A stretch of 64,000 bases of DNA from an uncultured Chloroflexia bacterium (lineage in GTDB: Bacteria; Chloroflexota; Limnocylindria; Limnocylindrales; CSP1-4). Made by a program: the position numbers and the translations under genes. The stretch is from the NCBI GenBank assembly GCA_963813335.1, contig CAWEYL010000003.1, positions 544,001-608,000 of the forward strand. Direction: 5' to 3'. This document shows, in pieces, positions 10,498 through 22,947 of this stretch. Position 1 is the stretch's first letter. Each line of letters starts with the position of its first letter. A model generated the notes under the pieces. It ran no database searches. It had not been told where the DNA came from and saw nothing but the letters and a program-made list of their open reading frames with translations.

Positions 10498-13111
10498 GTG
10501 GCGGGCTCCCCGTCGCGGCGGCGGTTCTCCGGGTCGAACAGCACGGACTCGGCGATCGTGGCCTCGACCACGCCGTCCGCGAGCGGGGCCAGCACGTGCT
10601 CGCCGACGCGGTCGCGCCCGCCCTTCACGAGCGCCAGCGCGAAGGTCCGACCGAGCGCCACGCTCCGGTACGACGAGGTGACGTGCCCCAGCATCGGCAC
10701 CGGGAGCCGCCCCATGTCGGTATCACGGGCGACGAGCTGTGCGCCTTCGGGGAGGAGCGCATCGGGATCGACCGGCAGCAGCCCGACGAGCTGCTTCCGG
10801 TCCGGCCGCACGCTGTCGGGCCTCCGGTGCGAGCGCCGCCCGATGAAGTCCTTCTTCGTCGACACGAGCGCGCCCAGGCCAAGGTCCTGCGGGGTCACCG
10901 TCCCGTCCGTCTCCTGGCCGATGATCGGATACCCCTTCTCGGCGCGGAGGACGTGCATCGTCTCGGTGCCGTAGGGCGTGATCCGGAGCGGCGCACCGGC
11001 CGCCATGACCGCCTCCCAGAGCGCGAGACCGTCCGACGACGGCACGTTGAGCTCGTACGCCAGCTCCCCGGAGAACGAGATCCGGAAGACGCGCCCGGCG
11101 ATCCCCGCGATGACGGCGTCGCGCCAGGTCATGAACGGGAAGGCCTCGATGCCGACGTCGAGCGCCGGCGCCAGCGCTGCGACGACCTCGCACGACCGCG
11201 GCCCGACTACGGCGACCGTCGCCCACTGCTCGGTGACGCTGGTCGCGCGGACCCGCAGATCCGGCCACTCGGTCTGGAGGAACTCCTCGAGGTGGTCGAG
11301 GACCGGGGCCGCGTTGCCCGTCGTGGTCGTCATGTGGAAGCGGTCCTCGGCGAGCCGCGAGGTCACGCCGTCGTCGAAGACCATCCCGTCGAGCCGGCAC
11401 ATGACGCCGTACCGGCACGCCCCGACCTTCAGCGTCGAGAACGTGTTCGTGTAGACGCGGTCGAGGAAGACGCCCGCGTCCGGCCCCTGGAGATCGATCT
11501 TGCCGAGCGTCGTGGCGTCCATGATGGCGACCCCGGTCCGCGCAGCCGCGCACTCGCGCAGGACTGCCGCTTCCATCGATTCGCCGTCGCGCGGGAAGTA
11601 GCGCGGCCGCTTCCACTGGCCGACGTCCTCGAAGACGGCGCCGTTCGCGACATGCCAATCGTGGATGGGCGTGACCCGGACCGGGTCGAGCAGGTCGCCG
11701 CGGTCGCGGCCGGCGAGCTGGGCGAAGCTGACCGGGACGACCGGCGGGCGGTAGGTCGGGACGCCGACCGCCCCGACCTCCTGGCCGAGGATCGCCGCCG
11801 CGATGGCCGAGGCGACGACGCCCGAGGTCTTGCCCTGGTCCGCCGCGGTGCCGATGGTCGTGTAGCGCTTGACGTGCTCGATCGAGGTCAGCCCGGCGCC
11901 GAGCGCCCGGCGCACGTCGCGCGCGGTCGCATCCCGCTGGAGGTCGACGTAGTGGGTCGCCCAGGCGTCCTCGTCGGGGTCGTCGCCTGGCGGTGGGACG
12001 ATCCAGAGCGGCGCGACCGCGCCGAGCGCCCGTCGATGTCGCCGGCGGCCGCGCCGACTGCGGCCATCCGACCGTGCGGCCCGGGCTTGTCCGGCACGAA
12101 CGCCGCGATCCGCTCGTCGAAGCGGAGCGTGCCGCGGGCCTGGCTCCACAGCGCCACGTTGGGGTTCCAGCCGCCTGACACGAGGAGCAGGTCCGCCTCG
12201 ACGGTCTCGGAACGGCCGTCCGCCCAGGCGATCGCCACGGATAACAGACGACCGGCTTCGTCGCCGCCGGTGCCGACCACGCGGTCGCCCTGCCGGGCAT
12301 CGACCTCGGCGACGATGGTCGTCCCGGCCGCGCGCAGGGCGTCGAGCACCGCGTCCGTCGTGCCGTTGTTCGTGAAGACCGCGGCCCGGTCGCCAGGACG
12401 GACCCCGTACCGCTCGACGTACGTCGCGGCCGCGCTCGCCAGCATGATCCCCGGCCGGTCGTCGTCGGCGAAGACGATCGGCCGCTCCGTGGCGCCCGTC
12501 GCGATCACGATGCGGCCGGCCCGGATGTGCCACAGTCGGCCCTCGGTCCGCGCGGTCGGGCGCCGCTGGACGGCGGTCACGTAGCCGTGGTCGTAGATCC
12601 CGAGCGCCGTCGTGTCGGTGAGGACCCCCTCGCGCGCGACCGGATCCGCATCGACGACCAGCACCCGCGCATCCGGCTCGGCAGCGCGTGCGTCCGCGGC
12701 CGCCGCCATCCCCGACGCCCCGGCCCCGATGACGAGCGCCTCGACGTGCGCGTACCGCTTGTCGAACCGGACGTCGTCGCGTTGGTCGACCAGCCGGCCC
12801 TTCCCCGCCAGCGGCCACGCTCGCATCCCCTCCTCGAGCGGCAGGGTCGTGGCGCGCACCATCGGCTCGGACACGCCATCGGCGCGCTCGACCTGGACGA
12901 GCGCGTTCGGCTCCTCGTGGCCGGCGGTCATCACGCCGCGGGGCCGGTCGTCGTAGATGCTCCGCGCGACGACATCGACGCCGTTCGCCAGCAGCGCCGA
13001 CGCGAGCGTGTCGCCGGCGAACCCGGTCATCGGGTGCCCGTCGAACTCAAAGCTGATCGGCCGCTCCCGGTCGATCCGGTCGCCGCCAGCCGGCAGGCGC
13101 CGCCCGCTCAT
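10494..13111 (-). CDS. soxA: sarcosine oxidase subunit alpha, frameshift ~12030
   Basis: [30 protein letters not shown]; then [27 protein letters not shown], GcvT-like [15 protein letters not shown]. Confidence 0.9.
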
Positions 13112-13350
13112 CCGAGGATCTCGTTGGTCAGCGTGTCGCGGGTCACGTCGAACCAGCGCCGACAACCGGCCGTGTGGACCCAGCGCTCGCGCCACGCGCC
13201 CTTCGGGTTGTCGCGCATGAACAGGTAGTCGGCCCACTCGGCGTCGGTCAGCGCGTCGGGATCGGCCGGGTAGGCGATGCCCGCCTGGCCGCCGTAGCGG
13301 AACTCGGTCTCGTCGCGCGGCCCGCACCACGGGCAGGGGATCGACAGCAT
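13108..13350 (-). CDS. soxD: sarcosine oxidase subunit delta
   Basis: [21 protein letters not shown]...RDNPKG...WVHTAGCRRWF..RDT. Confidence 0.92.
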   Translation of the reverse strand: MLSIPCPWCGPRDETEFRYGGQAGIAYPADPDALTDAEWADYLFMRDNPKGAWRERWVHTAGCRRWFDVTRDTLTNEILG

Positions 13351-14591
13351 CAGTGGGCGACGGCGGCGGCGCCGTGCTCGTCGATCAGGGCGCCGGTCGT
13401 GAAGCGGTCCAGCGCGAACGGCCGATTGAGCTCGTGCGGGGCATCGTGCGCGACCGTGTGGGCCAGCACCCAGCCGGACGCCGGCGTGGCCTTGAACCCG
13501 CCGGTCCCCCAGCCGCAGTCGAGGTACAGCCCGCCGACCGGCGTCAGCCCGATGATCGGCGAGGCGTCGGGTGACACGTCCACGATCCCGCCCCACGTCC
13601 GCAGCACGTGCGCGCGCGCGAACATCGGGAAGAGCTCGAGGGCAGCGGCCATCTGGTGCTCGATGATGTGGAAGGCGCCGCGCTGGTCGTAGCCGTTGTA
13701 GCCGTCGATGCCGGCGCCGAGCACCAGCTCGCCCTTGTGCGCCTGGCTGACGTAGACGTGGACGGCGTTCGACATGACCACGACCGGGTGGACCGGCTCG
13801 AGCAGCTCGGAGACCAGCGCCTGGAGCGGGTGGCTCTGGAGCGGCAGGCGGATCCCGGCCATCGCCGCGACGACCGACGCGTGACCGGCGGCGACGATCG
13901 CGACCTTGCCGGCGGCGATGCGGCCGCGCGAGGTCTGGACGCCGGTGACCCGGCCGTGCTCGATGTCGATGGCGGTCACCTCGGCGCCCTCGATGAGGTC
14001 GACGCCGAGCGCGTCGGCGGCCCGGGCGTACCCCCACGCGACGTGGTCGTGCTTGGCGATGCCGCCACGTGGCTGCCACGTCGCGCCGAGGACCGGGTAG
14101 CGCACGTCGTCGGCGACGTTGACGATCGGGCAGAGGCGCTTGACGTCGTCGGGTGTCAGCCACTCGGCGTCCACCCCGTTGAGCCGGTTCGCGTGGACTC
14201 GCCGCTGGCCCTCGCGTACGTCGCCCAGGTTGTGGGCGAGGTTCATCACGCCGCGCTGGCTGAAGAGGAGGTCGTAGTCGAGCTCCTCGGGGAGCGTCTC
14301 CCACAGCTTTAGCGCGTGCTCGTAGATGGCCGCGCTCTCGTCCCACAGGTAGTTGCTGCGGATGATCGCGGTGTTCCGGGCGATGTTCCCGCCGGCCAGC
14401 CAGCCGCGCTCGACCACCGCCACGTTCGCGATCCCGTGGTTCTTCGCGAGGTAGTACGCGGCGGCCAGCCCGTGCCCGCCGCCGCCGATGATCACGACGT
14501 CGTAGGCGGGCTTCGGGTCGGGGTGCCGCCACAGTCTGTCCGGGTGCGGGGACGGGTGACGGTCGGTGCCGCCGGTGCGGGTCGGGTCCAC
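13350..14591 (-). CDS. soxB: sarcosine oxidase subunit beta
   Basis: [40 protein letters not shown]-terminal [11 protein letters not shown]. Confidence 0.95.
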   Translation of the reverse strand: MDPTRTGGTDRHPSPHPDRLWRHPDPKPAYDVVIIGGGGHGLAAAYYLAKNHGIANVAVVERGWLAGGNIARNTAIIRSNYLWDESAAIYEHALKLWETLPEELDYDLLFSQRGVMNLAHNLGDVREGQRRVHANRLNGVDAEWLTPDDVKRLCPIVNVADDVRYPVLGATWQPRGGIAKHDHVAWGYARAADALGVDLIEGAEVTAIDIEHGRVTGVQTSRGRIAAGKVAIVAAGHASVVAAMAGIRLPLQSHPLQALVSELLEPVHPVVVMSNAVHVYVSQAHKGELVLGAGIDGYNGYDQRGAFHIIEHQMAAALELFPMFARAHVLRTWGGIVDVSPDASPIIGLTPVGGLYLDCGWGTGGFKATPASGWVLAHTVAHDAPHELNRPFALDRFTTGALIDEHGAAAVAH

Positions 14592-14724
14592 CCTCGAAGG
14601 GTAGCGCGGCGGTCGGGCCGGATGGACCTCGGGCCGACCTGACAGGCGGTCCGCCGCCTTGACGACGGCCGCGCCACCCCCGACCCTAGCGGCCCAGCCA
14701 GCGACGATCGAGTGAGGGATCCCG

Positions 14725-16194
14725 TTGCCGGACCTGTACATCGACGGCGCGTGGGTCGCCTCGGGCGACCGCACGTGCAGCCCCGTGATCAATCCGTCGG
14801 ACGGCTCGGTCGTGACCGAGGTGGACGTCGCGACCGACGACCAGGTCCAGGCCGCCATCGCCGCCGCCCGCCGCGCCTTCGACCACGGCGAGTGGCCGCG
14901 CACCCCGGCCGCCGACCGCGCCGCCGTCCTCACCCGCGTCGCCGAGCTGATCGACCGCGACCTCGAGGCGATCGCCCGCGAGGAAACGCTCCAGACCGGC
15001 AAGGCCATGCGCGAGAGCCGCTGGGACATCGCCGATGTCGCCCGCTGCTTCCGCTACTACGCCGGCCTCGCGTCCGACGACGACGATCGCATCGTCGATC
15101 AGGACAACCCTGACGTCCGCTCGCGGATCGTCCACGAGCCGGTCGGCGTCTGCGCGTTGATCGCCCCATGGAACTACCCGCTGCTGCAGCTCTCCTGGAA
15201 GATCGCGCCGGCGCTGGCCGCCGGAAACACCGCGGTGATGAAGCCCGCGTCGGTCACGCCGCTCACCGCCATCCACCTCACCCGCCTGCTCGCCGAGGCC
15301 GGCGTCCCGGCCGGCGTCGTCAACCTCGTGCTGGGGCCGGGCGGCCGGGTCGGGCAGGCGCTCGCGGACAGCCCGGACGTGGACCTCGTCTCGCTGACCG
15401 GCGGCATCGAGGCGGGTCGGGCACTCATGCGCGGCGCGGCCGGCAACATGAAGAAGGTCGCCCTGGAGCTCGGCGGCAAGAGCCCCAACATCGTCTTCGC
15501 CGACGCCGACTTCGAGACCGCCGTGGACAACGCCCTGACCGCCGCATTCACCCATTCCGGGCAGGTCTGCTCGGCCGGCTGCCGGGCGATCGTCCAGGAC
15601 GAGATCTACGACCGGTTCGTGGCCGAGGTCGGCCGCCGCGCCGACCTGATCCACCTCGGCGTCGGCCTCGACGACGCCACAGAGGCCGGCGCGCTGATCA
15701 CCGCCGAGCACCGGGCCAGGGTGGAGGGCTACGTCGCCTCGGCGCTCGAGGAGGGCGCCCGGCTCGTCGCCGGCGGCCGGCGCCCGTCGGAGCCCGAGCT
15801 GCAGACCGGCTTCTTCTACCGCCCGACGGTCTTCGCCGACGTCGACCGCGGCATGCGCATCATCCGCGAGGAGGTCTTCGGGCCGGTCCTGACCATCGAG
15901 CGGTTCACGACCGAGGATGAGGCGATCGAGCTGGGTAACGACACCACCTACGGCCTCGCCGGCGCGGTCTGGACGGCCGATCCCGAGCGCGCGCAGCGGG
16001 TCGCCGCCCGGCTCCGCCACGGCACGGTCTGGATCAACGACTACAACACCTACCTGCCCGAGGCCGAATGGGGCGGCTTCAAGCAGTCGGGCATCGGGCG
16101 GGAACTTGGCCCCGGCGGTCTGGACGAGTACCGTGAGGCCAAGCACATCTGGCAGAACTCGGCACCCGGTCCCACAGGCTGGTTCGGCGGCTGA
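14725..16194 (+). CDS. betB: aldehyde dehydrogenase, probable betaine aldehyde dehydrogenase
   Basis: [35 protein letters not shown]; specificity inferred from the betaine gene context. Confidence 0.8.
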   Translation: MPDLYIDGAWVASGDRTCSPVINPSDGSVVTEVDVATDDQVQAAIAAARRAFDHGEWPRTPAADRAAVLTRVAELIDRDLEAIAREETLQTGKAMRESRWDIADVARCFRYYAGLASDDDDRIVDQDNPDVRSRIVHEPVGVCALIAPWNYPLLQLSWKIAPALAAGNTAVMKPASVTPLTAIHLTRLLAEAGVPAGVVNLVLGPGGRVGQALADSPDVDLVSLTGGIEAGRALMRGAAGNMKKVALELGGKSPNIVFADADFETAVDNALTAAFTHSGQVCSAGCRAIVQDEIYDRFVAEVGRRADLIHLGVGLDDATEAGALITAEHRARVEGYVASALEEGARLVAGGRRPSEPELQTGFFYRPTVFADVDRGMRIIREEVFGPVLTIERFTTEDEAIELGNDTTYGLAGAVWTADPERAQRVAARLRHGTVWINDYNTYLPEAEWGGFKQSGIGRELGPGGLDEYREAKHIWQNSAPGPTGWFGG

Positions 16195-16236
16195 CGTCGG
16201 GCGGCCATCGCGTTCGTACGGAGGGTCAGCGCGACG

Positions 16237-17295
16237 ATGACGGAGCCGACGCCAGCGGGGGCAGCCGGCGGGCTGACCGTCCGCGACCTGTGGAAGGTCT
16301 TCGGCCCGGCGGAGGCGAAGATCGCGAAGGGCGCGAGCACGCCGCCGGACGCCGAGGCCATCGAGGCGGCGGTGACCGCCCAGGGCGGCACCATCGCGGT
16401 CCGCGATGTCTCGTTCGACGTCAAGCCGGGCGAGGTGTTCGTGGTCATGGGCCTGTCGGGCAGCGGCAAGTCCACGCTCGTCCGCTGCCTGACCCGCCTG
16501 ATCGAGCCGACGCTCGGCACGGTCGACCTCGACGGCGAGGACATCCTGGCCGCCAGCCCGGCCCGCCTGCGCGAGCTGCGACGCAAGAAGTTCTCGATGG
16601 TCTTCCAGCACTTCGGACTGTTGCCGCATCGACCGGTCCTCGACAACATCGCCTTCGGGCTGGAGCTGCGCGGCGAGCCGAAGGCGACGCGCCTCGAGCG
16701 CGCCCGCTCGATGCTGGGGCTGGTCGGCCTCGACGGCATGGCCGACCGCTACCCGGAGGAGCTGTCCGGCGGCCAGCAGCAGCGGGTCGGCCTGGCCCGC
16801 GCGCTCGCCGGCGACCCGGAGGTGATGCTGCTCGACGAGCCGTTCAGCGCCCTCGACCCGCTGATCCGACGGGACATGCAGAGCGAGATCCTGCGGCTGC
16901 ACCACGAGCTGGGCAAGACCATGGTCTTCATCACCCATGACCTGGCCGAGGCGCTCAAGTTGGGCGACCACGTGATGATCATGCGGGCCGGCCAGATCGT
17001 GCAGATCGGCCGTCCGGAGGAGCTCGTCGCCCGCCCGGCCGACGACTACGTCAAGGACTTCGTGCGCGACATCCCGAAGTCGCACGTCCTGACCCTGCGC
17101 TGGGTGATGCGCGACGCCACCCCCGACGACGTCCTCGACGGCCCGGTCTTCACCTCCGACACCGTCATCCGCTCGGCGGTCCACGCCGTGGCCGCGAGCG
17201 AGCGGCCGATCCGCGTGGTCGATGACGGGAAGCTCGTCGGCGTGGTCGACCGTGCCCATGTCCTCGAGGCCATCGCCGGCGGTGACGCCGCGTGA
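16237..17295 (+). CDS. proV: glycine betaine/proline ABC transporter ATP-binding protein (ProV/OpuAA)
   Basis: [44 protein letters not shown]-terminal CBS-like region. Confidence 0.9.
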   Translation: MTEPTPAGAAGGLTVRDLWKVFGPAEAKIAKGASTPPDAEAIEAAVTAQGGTIAVRDVSFDVKPGEVFVVMGLSGSGKSTLVRCLTRLIEPTLGTVDLDGEDILAASPARLRELRRKKFSMVFQHFGLLPHRPVLDNIAFGLELRGEPKATRLERARSMLGLVGLDGMADRYPEELSGGQQQRVGLARALAGDPEVMLLDEPFSALDPLIRRDMQSEILRLHHELGKTMVFITHDLAEALKLGDHVMIMRAGQIVQIGRPEELVARPADDYVKDFVRDIPKSHVLTLRWVMRDATPDDVLDGPVFTSDTVIRSAVHAVAASERPIRVVDDGKLVGVVDRAHVLEAIAGGDAA

Positions 17296-19220
17296 CCACG
17301 GTCCGCTGGGGGGAGACCACCCTTCCGAACCCCGCGAGCTCGAAGAAGGCGCTGTTGGCCGTGCTCGGCCTGGCCGCCGTCGTGGCGTACTTGCTGTTCA
17401 ACGGCCAGTGGACCCTCCCCCACGACGACGACGCGGACATCTTCCGCTGGCTCAACGGGATCAAGGACGTGATCGCGGAGAACCGCCAGATCCTCGACCC
17501 GGTCCGGATCGGCGTGACGTCGCTCGTCGACCTCTTCGACGAGGTCCTCGCGTCGCTCGGCTGGCCCGGCGTCATCGGCCTGGTCAGCGCCCTCGGCCTG
17601 CTGTTCGGCGGCTGGCGCCTGGCGCTGCTCGCGGGCCTCGGCTTCGCCTCCCTCGGCGTGCTCGGCCTCTGGGACGAGAGCATGGCGACCCTCTCCGTCG
17701 TGCTCGCCGCAGTCCTGATCGCGCTGGCGATCGGCCTGCCCCTCGGGATCGCCGCCGGCCGCAGCAACCGTCTTAACGCGCTGCTGTCGCCGATCCTCGA
17801 CGTCATGCAGATCATGCCGACCCTGGCGTACCTGACGCCGATGACGCTGCTGTTCCTGATCGGCTCGCCGTCGGCGACGGTGGCGACCCTGATCTACGCC
17901 TTGCCGGCGGCCATCCGCATCACCACCCTGGGGATCCGCGGGGTCCCGCGCGACACCGTCGAGGCGGCCTCTGCGTTCGGGGCCACCGGGATGCAGCGGC
18001 TGCGCAAGGTCGAGCTGCCGCTCGCCCGCCGGGCGATCGCGCTCGGGATCAACCAGACCATCATGCTGAGCCTCTCGATGGTGGTCATCGCCGGCCTCAT
18101 CGGCGCCCCGGGGCTCGCGCGGAACATCGTGATCGCCCTCTCCAAGGTCGATGTCGGCACGGCCTTCGATGCGGGGCTCGCGATCGTCATCCTGGCGATC
18201 GTCCTCGACCGCCTGACGCACGCCGCCGGTGAGTGGCTCTCGCCTCGCGCCCGGATCGCCCGCCGTCGGAGCGGCCGGCCGGGCTGGCAGCGTCTGGTCG
18301 GACCCGCCATCCTCCTCGCGGCCGGGCTCATCGCCCCGGCACTCGTCGATGCGACGTCGTTCCCCGACACCGTCCAGGTGTCGCTGGCCGACCCTGTCAA
18401 TGCGGCGGTCGACTGGATCACGTCGACCTTCTCGTTCGCGACCATCGGACTCCAGAATGTCGTGACCAACGTCGTCCTGAACCCGATCGAGAGCGTGCTC
18501 ACGTCGTCGCCCTGGTGGCTGGTCGTCGCCATCGCCGTCATCGCGGCCTGGGCGATCTCGGGGAGCCGGGCCGCGTTGATCTCGGCGATCTGCCTCGGGC
18601 TGATCGTCGTCCTCAACCTCTGGAATCACTCGATGGTGACCCTGGCGAACGTGGTGGTGGCGACGGTGCTGACCCTGGTCATCGGGATCGCCCTCGGGAT
18701 CACCACGGCGCGCAACGCCCGCGTGCGGCGCGTCCTGCAACCGCTGCTCGACGCTGCGCAGACGCTCCCGGCCTTCGTCTACCTGATCCCGGCCCTGGCG
18801 CTGTTCGCGCCGTCCCGGTTCACCGCGATCGTCGCGGCGGTCATCTTCGCGGTGCCGCCGGTGATCCGCCTCGTCGAGGTCGGGATCATGTCGGTCCCGA
18901 CCGACGCCGTCGAGGCAGCGGCCTCGTCGGGCGCCACTGACCGACAGATGCTGTTCAAGGTGCAGCTGCCGATGTCGCGGAAGACCCTGCTGCTCGCGAC
19001 CAACCAGGGCATCGTGATGGTCCTGTCGATGGTGGTCATCGGCGCATTGGTGGGCGCCGGCGCGCTAGGCTACGACGTCATCACGGGCTTCTCCCGTGGC
19101 GAGCAGTTCGGGAAGGGACTCGCGGCGGGCGTCGCGATCGTGCTGCTCGGGATCATGCTCGATCGGATCACCCAGGGAGCCGGCGGCCGACGACGGTCCG
19201 CGGCAGCGAGGGCCGGCTAG
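17292..19220 (+). CDS. glycine betaine ABC transporter permease with duplicated ProW domains
   Basis: Two copies of LD..Q..P...YL.P and EAA loops ([20 protein letters not shown]); GINQ/ATNQ..M..LSMVVI. Confidence 0.9.
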   Translation: MTTVRWGETTLPNPASSKKALLAVLGLAAVVAYLLFNGQWTLPHDDDADIFRWLNGIKDVIAENRQILDPVRIGVTSLVDLFDEVLASLGWPGVIGLVSALGLLFGGWRLALLAGLGFASLGVLGLWDESMATLSVVLAAVLIALAIGLPLGIAAGRSNRLNALLSPILDVMQIMPTLAYLTPMTLLFLIGSPSATVATLIYALPAAIRITTLGIRGVPRDTVEAASAFGATGMQRLRKVELPLARRAIALGINQTIMLSLSMVVIAGLIGAPGLARNIVIALSKVDVGTAFDAGLAIVILAIVLDRLTHAAGEWLSPRARIARRRSGRPGWQRLVGPAILLAAGLIAPALVDATSFPDTVQVSLADPVNAAVDWITSTFSFATIGLQNVVTNVVLNPIESVLTSSPWWLVVAIAVIAAWAISGSRAALISAICLGLIVVLNLWNHSMVTLANVVVATVLTLVIGIALGITTARNARVRRVLQPLLDAAQTLPAFVYLIPALALFAPSRFTAIVAAVIFAVPPVIRLVEVGIMSVPTDAVEAAASSGATDRQMLFKVQLPMSRKTLLLATNQGIVMVLSMVVIGALVGAGALGYDVITGFSRGEQFGKGLAAGVAIVLLGIMLDRITQGAGGRRRSAAARAG

Positions 19221-19249
19221 ACCGGCCGCAGGAGGAGGAGCACACGAAG

Positions 19250-20302
19250 ATGCGAGAGCACCGGATCGGCCGCTGGCTCAGCGGCGTGGCGATCGTCGCG
19301 ATCGTCGTCACCGGATGCGCGAAGAGCTCGGGTGCCTCGGCGCCCGCGCCGACCGTCGCGCAGGCGAGCGCGACAGCGGCGGCGTCGGCCGCAGGATCCG
19401 CCGCCCCCAGCACCAGTGCCGCCCCCGCCGCCGCCACCTGCAAGGGCAGCGGCGACAAGGGCAACGTCCAGTTGATGATCAACGAGTGGGTCGGCGCCGA
19501 GGCCAACGTCGCCGTGGCCCAGTGCCTGCTCCAGCAGATGGGCTACAAGGTCAAGACCGACACGCTGGCCGAGGAGATCGCCTGGCAGGGCTTCGACACC
19601 GGCCAGGTCGACGTGATCCTCGAGAACTGGGGCCATCCCGAGCTCGAGAAGCATTACATCGCCGACACCAAGCTCGCCACGGACGCCGGGCCCAACGGCG
19701 TGACCGGGATCATCGGCTGGTACGTCCCCGGCTGGATGGTCGAGAAGTACCCGGACATCACCGACTGGAACAACCTCAACAAGTACGCCGACATGTTCAA
19801 GACCCCCGAGTCGGGCGGCAAGGGCCAGTTCCTGGGCGCCAACCCGACCTTCGTGCAGTACGACGAGGCGCTCATCGCCAACCTCAAGCTGAACTACAAG
19901 GTCATCTTCTCGGGCAGCGAGGCAGCGACCATCACCGCCTTCCAGGCGGCCGACAAGAACAAGACCCCGTTGCTGGGGTACTTCTACGACCCGCAGTGGC
20001 TGCTGAACGAGATCAAGCTCGTCCAGGTCAAGCTGCCGCCGTATACCGCGGGCTGCGACGCCGACCTCAAGAAGGTGGCCTGCGATTACCCGCCGTACAT
20101 CCTCAACAAGATCGTCCGCACCGAGTTCATCTCCAAGAACCCGGACGCGGCGGCCTTCATCAAGAACTTCAAGTGGTCCAACGCCGACCAGAACGAGGTC
20201 GCCGACTCGATCACCACCAAGAAGATGTCCGACGAGGACGCCGCCAAGGCGTGGATCGACGCCCACCCGGACGTGTGGCAGGCGTGGATGCCCACCTCCT
20301 AG
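19250..20302 (+). CDS. glycine betaine ABC transporter substrate-binding lipoprotein (ProX/OpuAC)
   Basis: Lipobox VVTGC, DVILENW, GWYVP, YFYDPQW; GGAGG RBS. Confidence 0.88.
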   Translation: MREHRIGRWLSGVAIVAIVVTGCAKSSGASAPAPTVAQASATAAASAAGSAAPSTSAAPAAATCKGSGDKGNVQLMINEWVGAEANVAVAQCLLQQMGYKVKTDTLAEEIAWQGFDTGQVDVILENWGHPELEKHYIADTKLATDAGPNGVTGIIGWYVPGWMVEKYPDITDWNNLNKYADMFKTPESGGKGQFLGANPTFVQYDEALIANLKLNYKVIFSGSEAATITAFQAADKNKTPLLGYFYDPQWLLNEIKLVQVKLPPYTAGCDADLKKVACDYPPYILNKIVRTEFISKNPDAAAFIKNFKWSNADQNEVADSITTKKMSDEDAAKAWIDAHPDVWQAWMPTS

Positions 20303-20316
20303 GCCGAGGCTGATCC

Positions 20317-20349
20317 CGATGCCGGCGTCCCACCGGGGCGCCGGCATCG
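20317..20349 (+). terminator. stem-loop after the binding-protein gene
   Basis: CGATGCCGGCG...CGCCGGCATCG followed by tcgttt. Confidence 0.55.
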
Positions 20350-20377
20350 TCGTTTCCGCGCGAGATCGGGAGACCCC

Positions 20378-22837
20378 ATGAACCGAGGGCCACGGGTCGT
20401 GATCATCGGGGCTGGCATCGTCGGATGCTCGCTCGCGGATGAGCTCGCGTCGCGCGGCTGGACCGATGTCACGGTCCTCGACCAGGGCCGGCTGTTCGCG
20501 CCCGGCGGCTCGACCTCCCACGCCCCGGGGCTCGTCTTCCAGACCAACGGCTCCAGGACCATGGCCGAGTTCGCCCGCTACACCGTCGAGAAGCTCAGCT
20601 CGCTCACGCTCGACGGCCAGTGGTGCTTCCAGCAGGTGGGTGGGCTCGAGATCGCGCTCACCCCGGAGCGGCTCGTCGACCTGCGACGGCGCCACGGGCT
20701 CGCACAGTCGTGGGGGATCGACGGGCGCCTCCTCGACCCCGATGAATGCCTGGCGGCGTGGCCGCTGCTGGGCCGCGAGGTCGTCCTCGGCGGCTATCTC
20801 GTCCCGACGGACGGCCTCGCCAAGGCCGTCCGGGCGAGCGAGGCGCAGGCGCGCCGGGCGACCGACGCCGGCGCCCGGTTCCTGGGCGAGCAGACCGTCA
20901 CCGCCATCCGCACGGAGGGCGGCCGGGTGACGGCCGTCGTCACGGACCGCGGCGAGTTCCCGGCCGACATCGTCGTCTGCGCGGCCGGCATCTGGGGACC
21001 GCGGGTCGGTGCACTGGCCGGCGTCCCGGTCCCGCTCCAGCCGCTGGCCCACCAGTACGTCAGGACCTCGCCGCTGCCGGCCCTCGCGGCCATCGCGGCA
21101 TCGCCCGCGCTGGAGGACACCCGGCCCATCCTGCGGGTCCAGGACCGCGACCTCTACGCCCGCGAGCACGTCGACCGGCTGGGGATCGGGGCGTACGGCC
21201 ACCGGCCGATGCCGATCGACCCGGGCTCCCTGCTGTCGCCCGCCGAGGCGCCGGTGATGCCCTCGGTGCTCGAGTTCACGCCGGACGACTTCGCCGAGTC
21301 GTGGGCCTGGGCCCAGGCCGTCATCCCGGCCCTGCGAGGCGCCACGTGCGAGGAGGGGATCAACGGCGTCTTCTCGTTCACCACGGATGGCATGCCGCTG
21401 ATGGGCGAGTCCCGCGAGGTCCGCGGCTTCTGGCTGGCCGAGGCCGTCTGGGTCACGCATTCGGCCGGGGTCGCGAAGGCGACGGCCGAATGGCTGGTCG
21501 ACGGCGCCCCGACGGTCGACGTCCACGAGTGCGATATCGACCGGTTCGAAGCCCACCAGCTGGCACCCGCCTACGTGCGCGAGCGCGGCGTGCAGAACTT
21601 CATCGAGGTCTACGACATCCTGCACCCGCTCCAGCCGATGGAGTCGCCGCGACCCCTGCGGACGAGCCCGTTCCACGACCGCGAGGTGGACCTCGGCGCG
21701 CGCTTCCTCGAGGGCAGCGGCTGGGAGCGGCCGCATTGGTACGAGGCGAACGCGAGGCTGCTCGACCGCTACGAGGACCGCATCCCGGCCCGTGGCGACT
21801 GGGCCTCGCGCTACTGGTCGCCGATCGCCGGCGCGGAGGCGCTGGCCACCCGCGACGGCGTCGCCCTGTACGACATGACCTCGCTCAAGCGGCTCGAGGT
21901 GACGGGCCACGGCGCGCTGGCGTTCCTCGATGGGCTGACGACCAACCGTCTCGACCGGCCGGTCGGGACCGTCGTGTACACGCTCATGCTCGGCGCGGAC
22001 GGCGGGATCCGCAGTGACCTGACGATCGCCCGTCTCGGGGCGGAGCGGTTCCAGATCGGGGCGAACGGCAATCTCGACCTCGCGTGGCTCGAGTGCCATG
22101 CCCCCACGGATGGCAGCGTCGTCATCCACGACACCACCGCCGGCACCTGCTGCCTGGGCCTGTGGGGCCCGCGAGCCCGCGACGTGCTCGCGTCGCTCGC
22201 CGACATCGACGTCTCCAACGAGGCGTTCGGCTACTTCAAGGCGCGCTCGTTCCACGTGGCGCACGTGCCGGTCACCGCGCTCCGCCTCTCCTATGTCGGC
22301 GAGCTCGGCTGGGAGCTGTATACGACCGCCGACATGGGCCGCAAGCTGTGGGACGAGCTGTGGGTGGCCGGCCGCGCGCACGGGCTCATCGCCGCGGGCC
22401 GCAGCGCGTTCGGCAGCCTGCGGCTCGAGAAGGGCTACCGCTCGTGGGGCACGGACATGACCACGGAGCACGACCCGTACGAGGCCGGCCTCGGGTTCGC
22501 GGTCCGGCTCGACAAGGGCGACTTCATGGGTCGCGCGGCCATCGCCGGCCGGGGCGAGGCGACGGCGTCGCGACGGCTCGTGCCACTGGTCCTAGACGAC
22601 CCGGCAGAGGTGCTTCTGGGCAAGGAGCCGGTGGTCGCCGGTGGTCGGACCGTGGGCTACGTCACGAGCGCGGCGTTCGGCTACACCATCGGGCAGTCGA
22701 TCGCCTACGCGTGGGTCCCGGCGGCCGCCGCGACCCCCGGGACGGCGCTGTCGGTCGTCTCGTTCGGAAGGGACCTGGCGGCGACCGTCGCCGCGGATCC
22801 GCTGTTCGATCCCGGGATGGCGCGGCTGCGCGCCTGA
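20378..22837 (+). CDS. dimethylglycine oxidase/dehydrogenase (FAD oxidoreductase plus GcvT-like THF-binding domain)
   Basis: IIGAGIVG, GGSTSHAPG (FAD-linked His), FSFTTDG, AEAVWVTHS, GWERP, SYVGELGWE, RLEKGYR. Confidence 0.9.
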   Translation: MNRGPRVVIIGAGIVGCSLADELASRGWTDVTVLDQGRLFAPGGSTSHAPGLVFQTNGSRTMAEFARYTVEKLSSLTLDGQWCFQQVGGLEIALTPERLVDLRRRHGLAQSWGIDGRLLDPDECLAAWPLLGREVVLGGYLVPTDGLAKAVRASEAQARRATDAGARFLGEQTVTAIRTEGGRVTAVVTDRGEFPADIVVCAAGIWGPRVGALAGVPVPLQPLAHQYVRTSPLPALAAIAASPALEDTRPILRVQDRDLYAREHVDRLGIGAYGHRPMPIDPGSLLSPAEAPVMPSVLEFTPDDFAESWAWAQAVIPALRGATCEEGINGVFSFTTDGMPLMGESREVRGFWLAEAVWVTHSAGVAKATAEWLVDGAPTVDVHECDIDRFEAHQLAPAYVRERGVQNFIEVYDILHPLQPMESPRPLRTSPFHDREVDLGARFLEGSGWERPHWYEANARLLDRYEDRIPARGDWASRYWSPIAGAEALATRDGVALYDMTSLKRLEVTGHGALAFLDGLTTNRLDRPVGTVVYTLMLGADGGIRSDLTIARLGAERFQIGANGNLDLAWLECHAPTDGSVVIHDTTAGTCCLGLWGPRARDVLASLADIDVSNEAFGYFKARSFHVAHVPVTALRLSYVGELGWELYTTADMGRKLWDELWVAGRAHGLIAAGRSAFGSLRLEKGYRSWGTDMTTEHDPYEAGLGFAVRLDKGDFMGRAAIAGRGEATASRRLVPLVLDDPAEVLLGKEPVVAGGRTVGYVTSAAFGYTIGQSIAYAWVPAAAATPGTALSVVSFGRDLAATVAADPLFDPGMARLRA

Positions 22838-22885
22838 GGCGCCCCGCCGCTCCATGAGAGGAAGCGGCTGGACCGACGCAACGCG

Positions 22886-22947
22886 CTCACGCGGCGTTAC
22901 CAATGCCCTCACAATCTCTTGACGCCCGGCCGTCCGGGCTGTCCAAT
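22886..22947 (+). promoter_or_regulatory. four 11-bp-periodic YTNACR-like boxes (Pho-box/OmpR-type) running into a -35 element
   Basis: CTCACG 22886, TTACCA 22897, CTCACA 22908, TTGACG 22919; TCCAAT 17 bp after TTGACG. Confidence 0.5.
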
